This document shows, one piece after another, positions 13,059 to 18,114 of a stretch of 18,114 bases of DNA (within the stretch, counting starts at the first letter, position 1; every line of letters begins with the position of its first letter). The stretch is taken from IMG/VR virus record IMGVR_UViG_3300003324_000363, positions 81,571 through 99,684 of that record; one strand, written 5' to 3'. Position numbers and translations under genes: made by a program. Under the pieces are notes generated by a model. The model was not told the origin of the DNA. It made no database searches and saw only the letters and a program-made list of their open reading frames with translations. Source of the DNA: a virus. Lineage: Duplodnaviria > Heunggongvirae > Uroviricota > Caudoviricetes.

Positions 13059-15993
13059 CTAGCCTTTCAAGCATATCTAAGTAGTTTTGCAACTCAACGA
13101 CTTCTTCATCAATTGTGGCATTAGCCATGCCTTTTGCCTCTGCTACAATATGGCTTGTAAGTGTGATGTTTGCTGCTTCTAGTGAAACTAGCTGACTGTG
13201 CTGTTTTGTTCTAAACATCTGTTTTGGTGTTACCAGTTTTGAAGTAATCAGCCCATACTCTTTTGTGATAGAGTACATCTTTCTAGGTGATGTTATCAGC
13301 CCTGATGTGCTCCTGATTATTTTTGAAACATAGGTTATCTCTCTGTGCACCTTTCTGACTATCTTGGAATGCAACTCCTTTACATTTTCTATGACTTGGA
13401 ACTTGCTTGCCATTACATTGTGCTGTTTTGCTTCAAACTTGGAATGCATTGGCACTAAACTATCTCTAATTAACTCAATCTTGCTGAATGTATGCAGCTT
13501 CTTTTGCTCAAAGTTGACCTGCATTTGAGCAGACATATGAGCCGGGTTTGGTGTTTTTGTAACAGTAACTAACAGCTTTGATACAAGCTTGTCATAATCA
13601 TCAACAACCATCTTGGCATATACAACGCCAGAGCCTGATTGTACGATTCTATCCATTCCCTGTGGCAATTGGGAATAGCCAAAAATCATTGGCGTTGTGC
13701 CAGTATCTACAATCTTTACTTTCTTGGCAATGTTTTTAGTTCTGCCACCTTTCTTGCCCGGCTTGTATCCACCACTGCCGCCGCCAGCTTGGGATGCTCG
13801 TAGATAGGCATCTGTTGTGTGATATACCTGCCCTGTTCCGTGAGCTAAGAGGTATGAGTCAGTGGAGTGTGAGGCTGTTCTAGTCTTTTGTAATAATGCA
13901 TCAACAGAGTGTGAAACGAGTGAATGTTTCTTTATGAAGCTGTCTGTACTGTGCTGAAGTGTTTGCTGCTTCTTTAGGGCAGAGTCTGTTGTATGAGTTT
14001 TTACAGATGCCTTCTTTAGTAATGCATCTGTGCTGTGAGCACGTGCAAATGTTTGCTTTAGTAAGCTATCAGTTGTGCTGCTTACAGATTTTCTTAATAC
14101 AGTATATGCATCTGTAGAATGAGCAGCAGTTTGTGTTTTCTTTAAGAAACTGTCTGTAGTGTGCCGTTTGCTATTTGCTGTGCTAAGATAAGTGTCTGTA
14201 GAGTGTGATACTGATTTTGTCTTCTTTAGCTCGGCATCTGTAGTGTGGCTCTTTGAAATTGTCTTTAATAGTTCACTGTCTGTTGTATGGACAACAGTTG
14301 CAGTTTTCTTTAATAATGCATCGGTAGTTTGGCTTGCTGATTGTGTTTTCTTGAGTTCTGCATCTGTAGTATGAGCTGCACTACGTGTTTTCTTTAGTAA
14401 CGCATCTGTTGAATGTGATTTTGTTTGAGTTTTCTTTAGTAGTGCATCAGTATAATGAGATACAGATAATGTCTTCTTGAGTTCCGAGTCAGTGCTGTGA
14501 GTTACAGCAAAAGTTTTCTTTAGAAGTGAATCAGTTGTGTGTACATTGCTTATTGTCTTTTTTAAATCACTGTCAGTACTGTGGGTTTTTGAAATTCGTA
14601 ATACTTTGTAAGAATCAGTAGAGTGAGTCTTTGTTTGCTTCTTATTTAATGACGCATCTGTAGTGTGAGATACGGTAATTGTTTTCTGTAATAATGAATC
14701 TGTCGTGTGACTCTGTGGCGGTAGATAGTAGAATGTGGCTGCAAACGGATGTGTCTGTGGACTTAATGTTCCACAATTTAGAATTATTGATCTTGTGTTA
14801 CTCGGATTTGTAGTATCTTCATAAAATGTGTTAACATTATATGAAAATGTACCACTTGTGTATTTTGCACCAATTATATCATTTTCTGCTATTATGTGTG
14901 ACCCTGTAAACGAAAATATTTCAGTATCGTTGGCTAACGGCGTTTCAGAAGCATCTATTGTACCAAATGATGTTATTACATTGCCAGATGTATCAAAAAC
15001 ACCTATTGTTACTGTTCCACTTCTAGTGCCGTTTGGATCAAATGCATTTAATCTAATATCAATTCTTGATAGAGTTTTTCCTATAGAATCTGAGCCTGAT
15101 AGTATTTGTTGCCCAGCAACATCGGAATATCCATTACTACAGCCGCCAAGATTTGCAAATATATAAACTCCACTTACATAGTCAAAGAATTTAGTTTCAG
15201 GTAAACCAACAATGATAGTTTTTTTAAGAGCAGAGTCTGTGCTATGTGATACTTCAAGTGTTTTCTGTAATTCTGAATCAGTGGTATGAGCAATCGCCTG
15301 AGTCTTTAGTAGGGCTGAATCTGTATTGTGTGTTTTTGCAACTGTTTTCTTCAGTAAACTGTCTGTTGTGTGCTGGATTGTGCCACGTTTTGCTGCAAGT
15401 GCATCAGTAGTATGGGTTTTTGCAATAGTCTTTTGTAATTCACTATCTGTAGTGTGTGTTTGAGTGATTGTCTTCTTAAGTAACGAGTCAGTAGTTTGGG
15501 TTTTAGTCTGGATCTTCTTTAGTAGAGAGTCTGTTGAGTGCGTTAATGTCTGTGTTTTTTTGAGTAAGCTGTCAGTTGAATGAGTCTTGGTTTGGGTCTT
15601 CTGTAGCTCAGCATCTGTTGTATGTGTTTTAGCAATTGTTTTCTTAAGGTCACTGTCTGTAGTATGAGTAAGAGTTGCTGTCTTCTTGAGTAACGAATCT
15701 GTTGTGTGTGTTTTAGATAGTGTTTTCTGTAGCTCTGAATCAGTGGTGTGAGTTTTAGATAATGTCTTTTTGAGTTCTGCGTCAGTTGTGTGTGTCTTTG
15801 TAAAAGTTTTCTTGAGAAAAGCATCTGTGCTGTGAGTTACTGTTTGTGTCTTCTTTAGTGAGCTGTCTGTAGTATGAGTTTTAGATAGAGTCTTATTTAG
15901 GAGTGCATCGGTAGTGTGAAAAATAGAAGTTGAGCTTGAAAGTATGGCTGCCCATGTATCGTATTTTGGAGGTGGTCTTCTTACAACGACCAT
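13042..15993 (-). CDS. 983-aa Thr/Ser/Lys/His-rich repeat fibre-like virion protein
   Basis: 39 copies of a 14-aa repeat in two arrays, an inserted 165-aa domain, a GGGSGG linker, and a basic then acidic C-terminus. GGAGG lies upstream of the ATG. Confidence 0.85.
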   Translation of the reverse strand: MVVVRRPPPKYDTWAAILSSSTSIFHTTDALLNKTLSKTHTTDSSLKKTQTVTHSTDAFLKKTFTKTHTTDAELKKTLSKTHTTDSELQKTLSKTHTTDSLLKKTATLTHTTDSDLKKTIAKTHTTDAELQKTQTKTHSTDSLLKKTQTLTHSTDSLLKKIQTKTQTTDSLLKKTITQTHTTDSELQKTIAKTHTTDALAAKRGTIQHTTDSLLKKTVAKTHNTDSALLKTQAIAHTTDSELQKTLEVSHSTDSALKKTIIVGLPETKFFDYVSGVYIFANLGGCSNGYSDVAGQQILSGSDSIGKTLSRIDIRLNAFDPNGTRSGTVTIGVFDTSGNVITSFGTIDASETPLANDTEIFSFTGSHIIAENDIIGAKYTSGTFSYNVNTFYEDTTNPSNTRSIILNCGTLSPQTHPFAATFYYLPPQSHTTDSLLQKTITVSHTTDASLNKKQTKTHSTDSYKVLRISKTHSTDSDLKKTISNVHTTDSLLKKTFAVTHSTDSELKKTLSVSHYTDALLKKTQTKSHSTDALLKKTRSAAHTTDAELKKTQSASQTTDALLKKTATVVHTTDSELLKTISKSHTTDAELKKTKSVSHSTDTYLSTANSKRHTTDSFLKKTQTAAHSTDAYTVLRKSVSSTTDSLLKQTFARAHSTDALLKKASVKTHTTDSALKKQQTLQHSTDSFIKKHSLVSHSVDALLQKTRTASHSTDSYLLAHGTGQVYHTTDAYLRASQAGGGSGGYKPGKKGGRTKNIAKKVKIVDTGTTPMIFGYSQLPQGMDRIVQSGSGVVYAKMVVDDYDKLVSKLLVTVTKTPNPAHMSAQMQVNFEQKKLHTFSKIELIRDSLVPMHSKFEAKQHNVMASKFQVIENVKELHSKIVRKVHREITYVSKIIRSTSGLITSPRKMYSITKEYGLITSKLVTPKQMFRTKQHSQLVSLEAANITLTSHIVAEAKGMANATIDEEVVELQNYLDMLERLDEDSV
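13798..14709 (-). repeat. 14-aa (42-nt) coding repeat array 2, 22 units
   Basis: Consensus H(T/S)TD(S/A)xLKKTxxxx, counted from the translation (residues 429 to about 732). Confidence 0.9.
15205..15918 (-). repeat. 14-aa (42-nt) coding repeat array 1, 17 units
   Basis: Residues 26-263, exact 14-residue period. Confidence 0.9.
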
Positions 15994-16051
15994 TTATGTA
16001 CCCCTCCGGCTTGTATGCCGAGAGCATAGGTTATCCAGAGCATTGTATTGC

Positions 16052-16954
16052 TCATGCTGGATTCACCCAGACTGGTTTTGTTATCTGTTGCGTGTTTACA
16101 GTGTTAGTTTGACTTTGATTATTCAGATTACTCTGTATCTCTGTGTTTACTCTGATTGATTCTGGAAATTCTGTATTTACACCAATGCCATCAGTAAATC
16201 CAATATTTGTACAACCCGGATGTGGAAAGAACTGACGGAGGAAACGTTTTCTAGGTGTGTATCTTCCAACCGGAGCATGAGCACTAACAGTAGTGCCTGT
16301 TACTGCACCGTTAGCACCATTGCCAGAAAGGTCTGCTTCAGTGCTAGAAGTGCCCCAAAATGGCATATAAAACTTGGAAGAGCTTCTTCTTGTGAGGTTA
16401 GGCGAAACTCCTTTTGCAAGTGCAGATATTTCACCTGCTGTTAATAACGTATTCCATATACCAAAATCAGCCAATGAGCCATTTGATGGGTTTTGGTATG
16501 TGCTGCCAGTTTTCAAAAATGCACCAAAATATAGCTTATCTGTATTTGTTACCGTAGCAGTATTTCCTGTGCCTGCTATCCAACTGCCACTTAATGTGCT
16601 GCCATCAAGATAAAGCTGCATTGAACTGCCGGTGCCAAATGTATATTTTAGAGCAATATGATGCCATGTGGTAATTGAAATAGCATTAGCAGCAGAGGCG
16701 TATCCTTGAAAGTTGTTTGACCCATCAATGTATAGAAAACGAAATGTCTTGCCATCACTACCAAAGTCTATATTGTAATTATTTTTCCTGTCTGCTTGTA
16801 CGTTATCGTGCCCTTTATACAAGACGGTAGAAAATCCAACAGCTGTGCTGATGTAAACCCAGCCAGCAATTGAGATGTCTCCAGTAATATCTAAACTGGA
16901 AACTGCTGTTGCATCAATATGGTCTGCTGTAGTTCCACCAAAGCCACGAGCCAA
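16052..16954 (-). CDS. LamG/concanavalin A-like lectin-fold virion protein
   Basis: ISIAGWVY, WHHIALKY, MQLYLDG, LYFGA, NGSLADFGIWNTLLTAGEISAL are Laminin_G_3-type motifs. Confidence 0.85.
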   Translation of the reverse strand: MARGFGGTTADHIDATAVSSLDITGDISIAGWVYISTAVGFSTVLYKGHDNVQADRKNNYNIDFGSDGKTFRFLYIDGSNNFQGYASAANAISITTWHHIALKYTFGTGSSMQLYLDGSTLSGSWIAGTGNTATVTNTDKLYFGAFLKTGSTYQNPSNGSLADFGIWNTLLTAGEISALAKGVSPNLTRRSSSKFYMPFWGTSSTEADLSGNGANGAVTGTTVSAHAPVGRYTPRKRFLRQFFPHPGCTNIGFTDGIGVNTEFPESIRVNTEIQSNLNNQSQTNTVNTQQITKPVWVNPA

Positions 16955-16963
16955 CTTATTGGC

Positions 16964-17221
16964 TCACCCTGAGTATTTCTTCAGAGCAACATATGCAAAC
17001 AAGAGACTCTTTTGTGCTGATGTCAAAGTGCTTTTTACGTTAGCTGCCAATGCATTATTATATGAAGCTGCGTTATTATCAATCCAAGTGTTCGTGTCAG
17101 TGATTGCTCCTTTAATGTCTGTTTTTGTAAGTGTTATTGCAGCACCGTTGCTGGCTCGAAGTATTTCATTAACTAGGTCTGCAAATACCTTGTCAATTTG
17201 TGCCTGAGTCAGTGCTGTCAA
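16964..17221 (-). CDS. 85-aa helical hypothetical protein (structural module)
   Basis: ORF track; ATGA overlap with the upstream gene. Confidence 0.75.
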   Translation of the reverse strand: MTALTQAQIDKVFADLVNEILRASNGAAITLTKTDIKGAITDTNTWIDNNAASYNNALAANVKSTLTSAQKSLLFAYVALKKYSG

Positions 17222-17715
17222 TTAACATCAATCTCCAATTGTGCATTATAGAGTTCAGTGTCTACTGCTAAAGTGTCGTTTGTTGCTGTACCATTGTGAG
17301 TGATTTCAAAGAATAGCAGATATTTTGCTGTAAATGTGCCTGTTGATAGTGTGAATGAAACTTCTTTGCTCAGTCTTGCTGTAGCCGGAACAGTAATGTC
17401 TTGGTCTGACGGATTAGTGAAAGAAACATTTACTGATGCACCGTCATTATTGACAATTGCATATCCACATCCCCATGTAGTCACGCCTGTGGTTGCATTT
17501 GCACCTATTGTGAGAATCAGTTTGGCATTAGGAGCTGCATTTACATTGTTTGGAATTTCAGCAACACCATAAACTTTGCCTACAACATCTTTAACAAAGT
17601 TCCAATAACCTAAATCTTGGTTAGTGAGTGCCACCACATTAAAGTAGGAATTACCTGCCAAGCTTTGAGTGCGTGGATTACGCAAATCAATCGGCACTCT
17701 AATGGTAGTAACCAT
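17218..17715 (-). CDS. 165-aa beta-rich virion/tail-associated protein
   Basis: ORF track; alternating beta-strand pattern and the EITHNGTATNDTL motif, resembling fibre tip domains (inference). Confidence 0.75.
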   Translation of the reverse strand: MVTTIRVPIDLRNPRTQSLAGNSYFNVVALTNQDLGYWNFVKDVVGKVYGVAEIPNNVNAAPNAKLILTIGANATTGVTTWGCGYAIVNNDGASVNVSFTNPSDQDITVPATARLSKEVSFTLSTGTFTAKYLLFFEITHNGTATNDTLAVDTELYNAQLEIDVN

Positions 17716-17751
17716 AAAACTTAATTTAATGCATCAGAATTCACTGAAAGA

Positions 17752-17759
17752 GAACTATC
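17752..17759 (-). promoter_or_regulatory. GATAGTTC element, 44 nt upstream of ATG 17715
   Basis: Intergenic, 1 nt after the upstream TGA. Confidence 0.5.
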
Positions 17760-17760
17760 C

Positions 17761-18114
17761 TCAAACTGTTTCCATTACGCCTATGTCTTGCCAGCCTATA
17801 CCGTCTTGTGCTCCTGTTACAAATGATAATGCTTCAGGAGTTTCGATAAATGAGGCATGATTACTTACGGTATTGCCCGTTGCCCTGTTCTCTGTCGTTC
17901 CGTCATAATAGAATGTATGAGTATATGATGTTGCCATAGCTTGTGTTACTTGAAACCATATCTCACATACAATAACATCGTCATTTACATTGATGCTGCT
18001 GACGGCAGAACCTGAAAACGTGCCATGTTGTGATGTTTCTGTGTTTGCTGCACCTTCAGAATATGTAGCTGCTGTATTGCCATCTAGTATAGTACCTGTT
18101 TTTGTTCCGTTGCT
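17761..18114 (-). CDS. C-terminal part of a beta-rich virion protein (starts outside the window)
   Basis: Manual: SNGTKTGTILDG...DVIVCEIWFQV...SFIETPEALSFVTGAQDGIGWQDIGVMETV*; 117 codons open from the edge. Confidence 0.75.
   Translation of the reverse strand, partial: SNGTKTGTILDGNTAATYSEGAANTETSQHGTFSGSAVSSINVNDDVIVCEIWFQVTQAMATSYTHTFYYDGTTENRATGNTVSNHASFIETPEALSFVTGAQDGIGWQDIGVMETV

Larger units (their letters stand above)
1..18114 (-). mobile_element. Tailed virus / provirus genome segment (structural and glycosylation modules)
   Basis: Co-oriented, tightly packed minus-strand genes including capsid-, prohead protease-, MuF- and tail-fibre-like proteins and an HNH endonuclease. No housekeeping genes or attachment site are visible, so free versus integrated cannot be decided. 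Confidence 0.9.

Noticed and set aside
13798-15918. 42-nt periodicity as a CRISPR array or DGR-type repeat
   Set aside because: The units are degenerate at synonymous positions and stay in one open reading frame. There is no repeat-spacer structure and no cas or reverse transcriptase gene.
886-17860. All plus-strand ORFs in the supplied track
   Set aside because: They lie antisense to well-supported minus-strand genes and have no recognisable motifs; they are shadow ORFs.

Overview
An AT-rich fragment of a tailed (head-tail, HK97-fold) virus or provirus. Every credible gene lies on the minus strand. In the direction of transcription (right to left) it encodes: tail/fibre-type beta proteins, a LamG lectin-fold protein and a 983-aa fibre protein built from 39 copies of a 14-aa HxTD repeat. 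Next comes a head module (prohead protease with appended mini-domains, a reduced MuF-like protein, and a major capsid protein precursor with a long N-terminal extension). This is followed by tiny Cys-rich ORFs and a compact nucleotide-sugar/glycosylation module (GT2, hexapeptide N-acetyltransferase, QueC-like PP-loop protein, NadE, nucleotide-sugar 6-dehydrogenase, HNH endonuclease, SDR epimerase/dehydratase, DegT aminotransferase). A further tail-fibre gene runs off the left edge. An archaeal host (possibly Nitrososphaerota) is plausible from TTG starts and SD-less head genes, but that is inference only. The most notable observations are: (i) an 8-mer GATAGTTC 43-49 nt upstream of four start codons, one of them an internal in-frame ATG in the capsid gene; (ii) a virus-encoded amino/uronic-sugar pathway containing NadE and a Zn-less QueC-like enzyme; (iii) an HNH gene that begins with a relic epimerase N-terminus; (iv) a start-less GT extension that is paralogous to a neighbouring small ORF; (v) probable Glu-specific processing of the head proteins. 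All translations and motif searches beyond the supplied ORF track were done by eye.
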